Program-made: the position numbers and the translations under genes
Part shown: in pieces, positions 9,506-18,755 of the stretch
How the letters are laid out: every line of letters starts with the position of its first letter
How positions within the stretch are numbered: the stretch's first letter is position 1
IMG/VR virus record: IMGVR_UViG_3300008262_000231
Coordinates: 34,724-98,723 of that record
DNA from: a virus
DNA: 64,000 nt
Direction: 5' to 3' (one strand)
Notes under the pieces: generated by a model
Seen by the model: the letters and a program-made list of their open reading frames with translations, nothing else
Database searches by the model: none
What the model was told of the DNA's origin: nothing

Positions 9506-10090
9506 ATGTTAAATATAGATACTTTATCAGTAAATAAAAGGGTATTCAATCCCGATCTAGAACAACAAGCAAAATCTTTCGGAATATGGGATTTGACACA
9601 GTCCTCTGTAAATTACCAAATCGGATTCTTAAACTCTAGAAAGATATTCACTGTTACCTCAGATTTAACCATGAGGCCAGATCTTATTTCTCTCTATCAA
9701 ACAGGGGATTCACAGTATTGTGGATCCATAATGAAAATTAATAATATATCTAATCCTTTTTCTATAGAAGAAGGAAGAAAATTATTTATACTCAGTCCTG
9801 AAATGATAAGGAGAACTTACGACAAGAAAAAAGAAGAAATATCTTCCCAATCGACATCTAAAGAAAATAAACCATTGGACGATCTGAAGAAAGCTCAGGA
9901 AGATAAAATGTTTAAAGTTAGTCCAGGAAGAAAAAATTTCTTGGATAAAAATGTAAAAAATAAGCCAGCATTGATACTTCCTCCTAACGTAGCACAGCCG
10001 GGAGACCGAAAATTCGTAAGAAAAGGAGATGTTTTCACTTTTGCCCCAGATGCAGGAAAAGGGGGATTTAATAAGCCATTAAAGAAATAA
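9506..10090 (+). CDS. baseplate wedge protein, gp53/LysM-like
   Basis: MRPDLISLYQTGD...IMKINNISNPF resembles the gp53 RPD..S..YG...I...N.I.NP pattern. Confidence 0.65.
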   Translation: MLNIDTLSVNKRVFNPDLEQQAKSFGIWDLTQSSVNYQIGFLNSRKIFTVTSDLTMRPDLISLYQTGDSQYCGSIMKINNISNPFSIEEGRKLFILSPEMIRRTYDKKKEEISSQSTSKENKPLDDLKKAQEDKMFKVSPGRKNFLDKNVKNKPALILPPNVAQPGDRKFVRKGDVFTFAPDAGKGGFNKPLKK

Positions 10091-10091
10091 A

Positions 10092-11609
10092 GTGAAGGAA
10101 ACTAAAATAAATCAGATATCTCTGAATAATATAAAATTAGATCAGCAATTTTTAGTTTCAGAAGGTAATGACCCGAATGATAAAAAAACTAACGCTGGTC
10201 AAAGAACTGGGGTAGAAACTCCCTTTATAACTATAAATGCTTATCCGGTTAACCAGTACTTAACTTCTTTTAATCTAGATCTTAATGGGTTTTTACCGGT
10301 ATTGAATTTTTCTTTCTTTAGTGGAAATGACACTTTTATCTCGATAAATTACCCTAAGGACGGGGATGTAGTTTCCCTCTATATTTCTTCTCCCGAGGGA
10401 TATTATAAGCCAATAAGAATGGACTTTAATATTTTGAATGTTAAAAGTAGCGTTTCCAGCAGGTATTCAGAAAGCGGAAGAGCTCCGGATCCTGATGGTA
10501 ATCAACTAAGATTCTCTATCATGGCTGAATGCAGAATACCTTCTCTTTATACCCCGGTAATAAAGTCTTTTAGAAATAAAAGTTCATACCAAACTCTTCT
10601 TGAAGTTTCCCAGGATTTAGATCTAGGATTTTCTACTAATGAATCCTCTACCGAAGATCAAATGACTTGGATATGCCCAAATTATTCATATTATGATTTT
10701 ATTCAAGAGGTATGTTTAAGATCCTATAAAGATGATGAATATAGTTTTTTTGATTGCTGGATAGATCCGTATTATAATTTAAATTTTATAAATCTGGGAT
10801 CCCAATTTTCATACGAAGGAATCATACAGGAAGAAGTTGTATATGCAGAAGCATACTACTCCAATGATAATTACAAGCCAGATGCTAGCCTAAGTGGAAG
10901 TTTTTCTCCTACTATAAAAAAATCATATCTTGTACTTAAAAATATATCAGATAAGGATACCTATCCTTTTTCGATAAACGGATATACTTTAATTTCTAAT
11001 GCAGGTACTAACGTCAATAAAACAGGTTATATAGTTAATATTGGGTTTTATGATGAAAATTTAGAGGAGGATTCCCCAGAAAATAAGTATATCAATTATG
11101 ATATAGAATCCCTAACAGGATCAGATATATTTAGTGGAAAAATACTCCAAAAAGGTAGGGGTAGAGATGATGAATATAAAAGAGAGAAAAGAAGAGAATG
11201 GCTAGGTATATTAAATACTAAAGACGAAACCGGGGGAGTTCATATAAATTATTTACATTCAAAATACCAGAATTTAATAAATTATAACGACTGTACTAAA
11301 TTTTCTCTTAAAGTAGAATTGGATGGATATTTTCCGGGGTACTATAAAGGACAAATTATTCCCGTTATGATAGAAGTAGCAAAATCCAGTCTAAGAGGAG
11401 AAAATACAGGGAATACCCCGCCAGGGGAAAAAAATACTTCAGGGGATAGAAAAATAGATAATTTTCTATCGGGTAATTACGTAGTTATGGGTATAGAAAT
11501 ATCATGGAGTAATCAAGGGTTTAAACAAATACTTTATCTTTCTAAAAGAAACTGGGTAGTTAACAGAGCAGGAAATCTTCCTAAAGCATACCCTTTCGTT
11601 TTGGAATAA
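10092..11609 (+). CDS. baseplate hub protein (gp27/gpD-like)
   Basis: Position before the gp5-like gene; C-terminal FLSGNYVVMGIEI...QILYLSKR typical of hub proteins; GTG start. Confidence 0.55.
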   Translation: MKETKINQISLNNIKLDQQFLVSEGNDPNDKKTNAGQRTGVETPFITINAYPVNQYLTSFNLDLNGFLPVLNFSFFSGNDTFISINYPKDGDVVSLYISSPEGYYKPIRMDFNILNVKSSVSSRYSESGRAPDPDGNQLRFSIMAECRIPSLYTPVIKSFRNKSSYQTLLEVSQDLDLGFSTNESSTEDQMTWICPNYSYYDFIQEVCLRSYKDDEYSFFDCWIDPYYNLNFINLGSQFSYEGIIQEEVVYAEAYYSNDNYKPDASLSGSFSPTIKKSYLVLKNISDKDTYPFSINGYTLISNAGTNVNKTGYIVNIGFYDENLEEDSPENKYINYDIESLTGSDIFSGKILQKGRGRDDEYKREKRREWLGILNTKDETGGVHINYLHSKYQNLINYNDCTKFSLKVELDGYFPGYYKGQIIPVMIEVAKSSLRGENTGNTPPGEKNTSGDRKIDNFLSGNYVVMGIEISWSNQGFKQILYLSKRNWVVNRAGNLPKAYPFVLE

Positions 11610-11620
11610 ATCCGATTTCG

Positions 11621-11628
11621 GATAAATA
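11621..11628 (+). promoter_or_regulatory. putative late promoter variant GATAAATA
   Basis: One mismatch to GATATATA, intergenic, 12 nt before ATG 11641. Confidence 0.5.
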
Positions 11629-11640
11629 GAATAAAAGACT

Positions 11641-14091
11641 ATGAGTTTCGGGTTTGCAGGCGCTACGGATAGAGATAGATATAGGTTTTTAAGTGGATTT
11701 AAGCTTAATGACCAGGGAAAAAATGAAGACCCTACGTATCTAGGATTCTCTATAGATTTTGATTTTGGTGTACTAGGAATAGATCAAGAATACGGAATTC
11801 CAATAAGTCCACTATTTAAAGAAGGAAGCTATTATAACGATACGAATTTAAATATATTCGGTCAATATGATTACGAGGGAAGAGGAAAAACCCCAAAAGA
11901 TGTTCTTTTTTATTCTGCCCAAACCTATCTAGAGAATAGGGAAGTTGCGGTGACTAATAATGATTTTCCGGAAGCCGGGGGAAAAAGATCCCAAATGATT
12001 AAGCAATTTAAAATCCTTCTTAGGGATATAACTAAAAATCAACCCTGGTTTTTTCAATCTTTAGAAGGAGCAGATTCCTTATATAAGGTTGCAAGAGGAG
12101 GATATCAGGATGAAGATAAAGAATCTGATTTTAATGCATCAAGATCAGCAACTATAACAATAAGCACTTTAGAATCATTAAATCTTAGAATTACTGCATT
12201 AGCGGACCTTTACAATCACGCTACCTTCGATTTCATAAATATGAGAGAAACTATTCCTAAAAATCTTAGGAGATTTAGGATGTATATTTATGTTACCGAT
12301 TTAAGAAATTTCTTTAAGACCAATCGTCTTATAAATTCTTCTACTACATTAACAACGATAGCAAATACAGCTAACCTTATAGGATCTGGAATAAATCCCG
12401 GGAATAGTTTATCGGGAAGTACATTGGATAGTACCGGTAATTTTCCGGACGACACTGGTGCCCAAGGAGGAGCTTTCGGTAATGTTGTTGGTGATATAGC
12501 TAGATCCGAAGGTCTTACTAATCAGCAGGACCAATCCGGGATTAAACCTATAATCCTAATAGAATGTAGTAATTGTGAATTTGATTTTAATGAGACATCT
12601 CCTATATCCGCTAATATTAATGCGGGAACAGATTCTGGGGACCCACTAGGACAAAGTTTTAAAATACACGTAGGGAGAGTAAGAATAAGAAGTCAATATC
12701 CTAATATAAGAATGGATAAAAATCCTCTGATTATTTCCGATGATGTCTTCACTAACAAAAGCTCAGTTCAGAAGTATCAGGGAGATCCTTCGGGAAGAAC
12801 TGTTCTAGGTGTAGAAATACCTAATGGTCCAGCTGCAGATCTTTTAGAACAGGGAGCAAATCTGGGAACTAATTTTGTAGGTAATACGGTGAATAATCTT
12901 TACGATAGAGGGGTTCAGTTAGTAGCAAATGAACTCAGCGGAGCAGATCAGTTATTACTTGGGAACATCTATTCTTTTAATCCCTCCGAAGTTATGAAAG
13001 CTTTATCTGGGGATTTTTCAAACGTGGGTCTGAATTTTAACGAAAATTTAGGATTAGATTTTTCAAATCCCCTCTCAGGAGCATCTTCTGCTATTAAAAA
13101 CGGATTACCAAATCCTCAAACGATGGGACAAGGTGGGCCTCCCCAGAATAACTATTCCCCCGGGGATCTAGGAGGAGAGGGAATAGATTCTTATACAGGA
13201 GTACCGGGACAAGATCTAGGTGTTACCCCTCCAGGGTCTCCAACAATAGGAAGAGTCTATCCCATATTAAAACCGGAAGATTCATATCCTACTGTTCCTG
13301 GATCAGATCTAGGAGTTCCGGGGAGAGCTTACAAAGGGCCAGAAGGTGATGCTTATTCTACTGTTCCTGGATCTGATTTAGGTGTTCCCCAAAGAGCTTA
13401 TCCGAACCCTTCAGGGGATGCATATCTTAATGTACCCGGATCTGATTTAGGTGTTCCCCAGAGGGTTTACCCGGATCCTTCCGGAGATGTATACGATAAT
13501 GTACCGGGATCCGATTTAGGTGTTCCTGACAGAGTTTATCCACAGGTAACTGATGATTTCTATCCAGATGTTCCTGGAGTTGATCTAGGAGCTCCTGATA
13601 GGGTTTATCCTCAGATTAACGATGATGTTTATCTAAAAGTTCCGGGACAGGATTTAGGAGTTCCCGATAGAGCATATCCTATAGTAAACGATGATGCATA
13701 CCCAGACGTTCCGGGATCGGATCTTGGTTTACCTGGAAGGAGATACGAAGGAGTTAATGAAAATGTTTATTCCGGTGCTTCTACAGAATCCAATCAATTA
13801 AAATCCCCGGAAAGAATCTATACGGAAGAACCAATTAAGAAAGTAAATTTGAGGGAGGATGTATATGAGGATACAAATAAAAATTTAACAGAATTTTCGT
13901 CCAAACCTGCTCCGGTTTATCCTAAAGGAGATACTAAGTATTTTAGAGGGACTTTAGGAGATTTATATCCTCCAACACAAGAAGATTTTAATCCGGATGA
14001 GCCAGGAAATCTAGGAAACTTAAAAGTAGAAGGATCATATAATATAAGTCTAGGAGGTAAAAACCCAGATCGTACCAAATTTAATTCTTAA
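11641..14091 (+). CDS. tail-tube-initiator-like baseplate protein (gp54-like) with C-terminal 23-aa repeats
   Basis: Tube-fold-like N-terminal half (ITISTLESLNLRI...FRMYIYVTD...IECSNCEFD); Pro/Gly repeat tail. Confidence 0.45.
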   Translation: MSFGFAGATDRDRYRFLSGFKLNDQGKNEDPTYLGFSIDFDFGVLGIDQEYGIPISPLFKEGSYYNDTNLNIFGQYDYEGRGKTPKDVLFYSAQTYLENREVAVTNNDFPEAGGKRSQMIKQFKILLRDITKNQPWFFQSLEGADSLYKVARGGYQDEDKESDFNASRSATITISTLESLNLRITALADLYNHATFDFINMRETIPKNLRRFRMYIYVTDLRNFFKTNRLINSSTTLTTIANTANLIGSGINPGNSLSGSTLDSTGNFPDDTGAQGGAFGNVVGDIARSEGLTNQQDQSGIKPIILIECSNCEFDFNETSPISANINAGTDSGDPLGQSFKIHVGRVRIRSQYPNIRMDKNPLIISDDVFTNKSSVQKYQGDPSGRTVLGVEIPNGPAADLLEQGANLGTNFVGNTVNNLYDRGVQLVANELSGADQLLLGNIYSFNPSEVMKALSGDFSNVGLNFNENLGLDFSNPLSGASSAIKNGLPNPQTMGQGGPPQNNYSPGDLGGEGIDSYTGVPGQDLGVTPPGSPTIGRVYPILKPEDSYPTVPGSDLGVPGRAYKGPEGDAYSTVPGSDLGVPQRAYPNPSGDAYLNVPGSDLGVPQRVYPDPSGDVYDNVPGSDLGVPDRVYPQVTDDFYPDVPGVDLGAPDRVYPQINDDVYLKVPGQDLGVPDRAYPIVNDDAYPDVPGSDLGLPGRRYEGVNENVYSGASTESNQLKSPERIYTEEPIKKVNLREDVYEDTNKNLTEFSSKPAPVYPKGDTKYFRGTLGDLYPPTQEDFNPDEPGNLGNLKVEGSYNISLGGKNPDRTKFNS
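13186..13761 (+). repeat. tandem 69-nt/23-aa coding repeat, eight units (DxYxxVPGxDLGVPxRxY)
   Basis: Seen directly in translation: seven 23-aa units plus one longer first unit. Confidence 0.95.
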
Positions 14092-14771
14092 TGCCATCTA
14101 ATAAGTCATATTTAGGAGTTGTAGTCGATATAGCAGATCCTTTAAAACAAGGAAGAGCCAGAGTTAGGGTTTTTGGGATATTTGACGGTATTCCAGTTGA
14201 AGATTTACCCTGGGCAGAACCGGGAACCGCATGCGAGTACTTCGGAGGAGGCGGAGGCGGAGGAGCAGTTAGCGTTCCCCGGGTAGGAGCCGTAGTTTAT
14301 TGTTCTTTCGAGGGGGAAAATTATTATAAATTGTATTTTGATACGATAAAAGAATTTTGTCCTGAGCTTGTCGAGGAGATGAAAGAAGAAAATTCTTATG
14401 AGGGATTTCATTCTATAATATATGATACCGAAGCTGAGCCTGGAGCTTTAAAACTATTTTATAGTCGAAAAAAAGGTTTAGTATTTGAATTAGGAGATTC
14501 TAAAGTCCAATTAGATACTCAGAATGGAGGAGAGCTTAGAGTAGTTATAAAAATGGGAGATGACGAGATAAGAATGGAAAATAAAAAAGTTATAATAAAT
14601 TCCAATAATATAGAATTAGGAGAAGCTGCCGTCGAAAAAATAATAAAGGGAAGTACCTTTCTTACCCTCTTCAATTCTCACACCCACCCTACCCCCGTGG
14701 GACCTTCAGGAACTCCTATACCAACTATGGTCGATAATATACACTTAAGTCAGATATCAAAAACTAAATAA
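14091..14771 (+). CDS. baseplate central spike, gp5 OB-fold/gpV-like (no lysozyme domain)
   Basis: GVVVDIADPLKQGRARVRVFG...LPWA...VPRVGAVV; C-terminal FNSHTHP metal-binding tip motif. Confidence 0.85.
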   Translation: MPSNKSYLGVVVDIADPLKQGRARVRVFGIFDGIPVEDLPWAEPGTACEYFGGGGGGGAVSVPRVGAVVYCSFEGENYYKLYFDTIKEFCPELVEEMKEENSYEGFHSIIYDTEAEPGALKLFYSRKKGLVFELGDSKVQLDTQNGGELRVVIKMGDDEIRMENKKVIINSNNIELGEAAVEKIIKGSTFLTLFNSHTHPTPVGPSGTPIPTMVDNIHLSQISKTK

Positions 14772-14772
14772 T

Positions 14773-16203
14773 ATGCCAGCTAACTGGGGAGGGTTCATAA
14801 AAGATTTATCTAGCTATCTTTCTGATAAAAAAGAAAAAACTTCTCAGGAGACCGCTGACAAAATAATAGATTTATATATAGAAGCTCTTGGAAATAAAGC
14901 ACAACCTCTCCCTGGAACATCTCTATTCAATCCCAATGATCCTAAAGTTTTATCCGGAAAGGTAGCTCTAAAACAGGCTTTTGGTAAAGCCATGGAAATG
15001 CTACAAAAGGATCCAGATCAACAAAAATTAACTTTTGATAAAAAGAAGAAAGATACGAATTTTGTGGATCCTGAAAATCTTGAAAATATACAAAAAATTC
15101 CTCCTTCCCCTTCATCTTCCGGAGAATCCATTGAATTTCCAGAAATTGACGAAAAATATCTAGACGAGATTATAAATAATTCCACCGAAATTTTTGTTAT
15201 AAAACAAAAAGACGGTAAAAAATCAAATAAGGTATTTGATTATAAGACAAAAGTAGATCTAGCAGCTTATAATGGATACGGAATACCCCTTTCTTTATTT
15301 GGAAATACCATAAGCGAAGTTATATCTACTCTTTCTTCTTATGGATATTTACCGGGATTGCTTAAGTTAATTTCTTATAGGAATCCTGGATATGATCTAG
15401 TTCCGTATATAAACATAAAAGGGGTAAATACCAGCCACGGGGAACTAATAAAGTATTTTATCGACATGTACGGAAGAGGTGGTCCATATAGACAAATCGG
15501 AGATGCTTATAAAAGCGTAACGGGAGCAGCAGAAGAGAATTTAACTCCTACTATACAATCCGAACTTGGAATTATTATAAAACTTTATAGCGAATTTGGA
15601 TTAAAGAAATGGGCAGAGATAGCTAAACCTTATATAGAAAAAACAGCTAAGGATAAAGCTATAGAAGAAATAAAAAAATCTGAAAATTTAAAAGAGGGAG
15701 AAAAAATAGAGGGATCCGAAACCATATTGGATAAATCTATAGATCAGATATCTTCCTTTCTTTCAATAAGCCCTGAAAAAGATCCATATATGATTATGGG
15801 AAATGCCCTTGTTCTATTCTGGACGACTATAGGAGTATCTTCCCCTACACTATTTACCGGTCCTTTAGGGGTTCCCCCCTCCACAATAACAGTTCCTAAT
15901 ACATATCAGATAGTTTTTCCGGGGATTCCCTTTACAGTAGCAAAGGGACTAAAAATAGCTTTCAATGTTGGTGCAAATCCTAAATTTATACCAGATATCC
16001 CATTTGATCTTTTTCAGAAAAATAAAGAATTAGCAATGAATAAAATAGAAGAGATAGGAAAATTATCTTCTAAGGCAACAGCTTCTGCTTTAGCTTCTGT
16101 TTTTGCAGGACACCTATTAACTGTTAAATTTTTATATTTTGGACAGATCCCATCAGCTCCGAGCCCTATACCTGCACCTTCTTTCGTTTATGCAGTTTAT
16201 TAA
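14773..16203 (+). CDS. hypothetical protein, probably baseplate-associated
   Basis: 476-aa ORF coupled to the spike gene. Confidence 0.6.
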   Translation: MPANWGGFIKDLSSYLSDKKEKTSQETADKIIDLYIEALGNKAQPLPGTSLFNPNDPKVLSGKVALKQAFGKAMEMLQKDPDQQKLTFDKKKKDTNFVDPENLENIQKIPPSPSSSGESIEFPEIDEKYLDEIINNSTEIFVIKQKDGKKSNKVFDYKTKVDLAAYNGYGIPLSLFGNTISEVISTLSSYGYLPGLLKLISYRNPGYDLVPYINIKGVNTSHGELIKYFIDMYGRGGPYRQIGDAYKSVTGAAEENLTPTIQSELGIIIKLYSEFGLKKWAEIAKPYIEKTAKDKAIEEIKKSENLKEGEKIEGSETILDKSIDQISSFLSISPEKDPYMIMGNALVLFWTTIGVSSPTLFTGPLGVPPSTITVPNTYQIVFPGIPFTVAKGLKIAFNVGANPKFIPDIPFDLFQKNKELAMNKIEEIGKLSSKATASALASVFAGHLLTVKFLYFGQIPSAPSPIPAPSFVYAVY

Positions 16204-16214
16204 TTTTTTTCGAA

Positions 16215-16222
16215 GATATATA
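16215..16222 (+). promoter_or_regulatory. putative late promoter GATATATA
   Basis: Intergenic, 5 nt before ATG 16228. Confidence 0.6.
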
Positions 16223-16227
16223 GTTAA

Positions 16228-17631
16228 ATGACCGAAAGAAATCATATAGATAAACTTAATGCACTTTCATCTTCTGTAATAGGATTCGAATTTGAATTCT
16301 ATACAAATATGTTGAAAGGAGAAGCTGCCGAGTCAATAGGTAAAGAAATAAAGAAAAAGGTTCAGGTTTCGGAAAAATACCATTCCGATCTAAAAGTTAC
16401 CTCATCTTTATTTAAATTAGAGCCCGATTATTCCGGAGGAAATAAAATGGTGGAACTCATAACAGGACCAATGGAATATTCCGAAGCTATCCCTGTTATG
16501 ATAAAAATCCTAAACTGGATAGAAAAAAATGGATGGACCGATGATAGGTGCGCATTTCAATTTTCTTTAAGTTTCGATAAATTCAGAAGAGAGATAAAAG
16601 ACAGAATAGAAAATTTGGATAAACTTAAATTTATTCTAGGGATAGATGAAAATTTCATTTATTCTAAATTTGGAAATAGATCGAATAACGTATATGCAAA
16701 TACGGTAAAAAGAGTAGTTCCGGTTAATAGATTTTCTATGTTAGAAAACATCACTTACATAGATCCTAAATTATTTAAAGTACCCGATGAAAAATACTAC
16801 GGAGTAAATTTCACTAAACTTAAAGATGGATATTTAGAATTTAGGTATCTTGGAAATAGAGATTATCAAAGAAAAGTCAAAGAGATAAGAGAAGTTATAG
16901 ATTATGTTATCCTTTATCTTTATGACATTCTGAGTCATAGAACGAATGGATACACTAAAGAAGATTTAGCTAAGCTTAAAGAAATGATGAAGGACTATAG
17001 CAAAGTTGTAAGATGCTATAGTAATCCTGAATTGTTCTTTATGAATTTTCCGGATTTTCACGTTTTTGTTGATCTTAAAGGGCTTGACGAAAATATAAAA
17101 ACCTATTTTCCGATGATAAAAGACAAGATATTCGAACTCATTGTCGATGGAAATGTTAGATCTTGTTATTTTAATTATGACACTACAAACGGAAGGTATC
17201 AGGTTAAAGAAGCAAGAATAAGAGATTTTATGAAGATTAAAGATATGGATTTAATCTCTTGTGATATTAAAGGAGGGGCTTTAGAAAATTGTAATCTTTT
17301 TACCTGTGACATAAAAAAATCAAGAGTAGAAAACTGTAATGTTGCTAATGGATGTAAAATAAGTTCTTCCAAAGTTAATGATAGTGTAATAGAATTTTCT
17401 AACGAATTAACAAATTGCTTTGTTGATTGCAAAGGTAAAAACGTTAACTGTAAAATGGTCGGCGGAGTTCTTAGAGATGGGAATGTTGGGGAATATGCAG
17501 AAATAAGTAAAGATACTATAAAAGTTAAAGGGTTTAATGATCTCAGAAACCAAAGGTTTGTTACTGATAGTAGACTGAAGGATTTAAATTTCGATTACAA
17601 AAGATCCAAATTCGGAAACCTAAATTATTAA
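16228..17631 (+). CDS. putative amidoligase (COOH-NH2 ligase-like) with C-terminal beta-helix repeats
   Basis: IGFEFEF, EPDYSGG..MVELIT, KYYGVN and YLEFR motifs; pentapeptide-like LENCN/IKKSR/VENCN repeats. Confidence 0.6.
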   Translation: MTERNHIDKLNALSSSVIGFEFEFYTNMLKGEAAESIGKEIKKKVQVSEKYHSDLKVTSSLFKLEPDYSGGNKMVELITGPMEYSEAIPVMIKILNWIEKNGWTDDRCAFQFSLSFDKFRREIKDRIENLDKLKFILGIDENFIYSKFGNRSNNVYANTVKRVVPVNRFSMLENITYIDPKLFKVPDEKYYGVNFTKLKDGYLEFRYLGNRDYQRKVKEIREVIDYVILYLYDILSHRTNGYTKEDLAKLKEMMKDYSKVVRCYSNPELFFMNFPDFHVFVDLKGLDENIKTYFPMIKDKIFELIVDGNVRSCYFNYDTTNGRYQVKEARIRDFMKIKDMDLISCDIKGGALENCNLFTCDIKKSRVENCNVANGCKISSSKVNDSVIEFSNELTNCFVDCKGKNVNCKMVGGVLRDGNVGEYAEISKDTIKVKGFNDLRNQRFVTDSRLKDLNFDYKRSKFGNLNY

Positions 17632-17634
17632 AAA

Positions 17635-18321
17635 ATGACTCTAGACGAACTAGTACAAGAAATAGAAGATTCCATATCTTTTAGCTGTTCTCTTCCCTAT
17701 AATTTAAATAGGCAAGAGACTGAAAGAATTATAAAAAGAGCTAGAGCTTGGTTTTATGATAATTATCAATATGCAGTAGAAGAAAGAATAATTGTTCTTG
17801 CAAATCAATTATTTAATCATCCTGAATTTAGAAAAACCAGACAGATAAAACTTCCAGATTCCATAGTAACAGTTTATGACGTTAGGGAAGTTGGGGGAGC
17901 AGGTATTTCGGGTAACCCAGATAGGGATTTTAGTGATTCTAAATTGTTAGGATCCGAATTATTACTTTCTCCTTTTATCGGAGATAACTTGGTTTATAGA
18001 ACGGTAATGTATTCTTATTTCGATTTGGCAAAAGCACAATTAGCTCAAGGATTTGGATCCGGGGGTAGCGATGTTGCTGTTAGATGTTTCGTTGCCATAA
18101 ACGACGAGTATCTATACGATGATGAATTATTTGTTAGATACTGTATAGGAAAATGTAAATCCGCTTTAGGGACTATGTTAGGTGTTTTTTCTTATACCCT
18201 TCCGGGAGGAGTTCAAGTTAATGCAGGAGACATCAAAGCAAATGGAGAAGCAGAAGTTCAAGAAGTTATGGAAATGATAAATGGAGAAAATACAGCTTCT
18301 TACTTCCTTCAATGGTCTTAA
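17635..18321 (+). CDS. neck protein (T4 gp13-like), possibly with an internal gap
   Basis: C-terminal FVRYCIGKCKSALGTMLGVFSYTLPGGVQVNAGDIKANGEAE matches the gp13 LPGG..N pattern. Confidence 0.7.
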   Translation: MTLDELVQEIEDSISFSCSLPYNLNRQETERIIKRARAWFYDNYQYAVEERIIVLANQLFNHPEFRKTRQIKLPDSIVTVYDVREVGGAGISGNPDRDFSDSKLLGSELLLSPFIGDNLVYRTVMYSYFDLAKAQLAQGFGSGGSDVAVRCFVAINDEYLYDDELFVRYCIGKCKSALGTMLGVFSYTLPGGVQVNAGDIKANGEAEVQEVMEMINGENTASYFLQWS

Positions 18322-18353
18322 AATAATATACTTTTTTTGGATTTTTTTTCTCG

Positions 18354-18361
18354 GATATATA
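18354..18361 (+). promoter_or_regulatory. putative late promoter GATATATA
   Basis: 17 nt upstream of reassigned ATG 18379. Confidence 0.65.
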
Positions 18362-18378
18362 AAAAAATAAAAAAATTT

Positions 18379-18753
18379 ATGCTGAGAGAAATCTATAATA
18401 GAGACCCCGAAGATCCTAACTATAAAGAGGATCAGTTGGAGGTTACGGATCCTTTAGAAGCTTGCTTAGGTAAAATAAAAATGATGATATTTACCAGAAA
18501 GGGAGAAGTATTAGGAGATCCTTCTTTTGGATTAGATCTGGAATCTCTTATTTATGATATGAATTTATCGGAAACATCAATAAGAAAAGAAGTACAGAAT
18601 AATATAAAAGCATATATACCGGAATTTGAATCATTAGGGGGAACTTACCAGCTTAAATTCTATTTAGGAACTAATAGAGATATAGCAACTCTAGATTTTA
18701 GATTTAATTCCAATTCAGGTTTAAGTCCTATTGTTACATTGTTAATAACATAA
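18379..18753 (+). CDS. baseplate wedge/sheath initiator (gp25-like); start reassigned from 18337
   Basis: IFTRKGEVLGDPSFGLDLESLIYD is the gp25/GPW signature. Confidence 0.85.
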   Translation: MLREIYNRDPEDPNYKEDQLEVTDPLEACLGKIKMMIFTRKGEVLGDPSFGLDLESLIYDMNLSETSIRKEVQNNIKAYIPEFESLGGTYQLKFYLGTNRDIATLDFRFNSNSGLSPIVTLLIT

Positions 18754-18755
18754 AA

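Noticed and set aside
13186-13761. CRISPR array
   Set aside because: Period is 69 nt, in frame, and variation is concentrated at synonymous positions, so it is a protein repeat without unique spacers.
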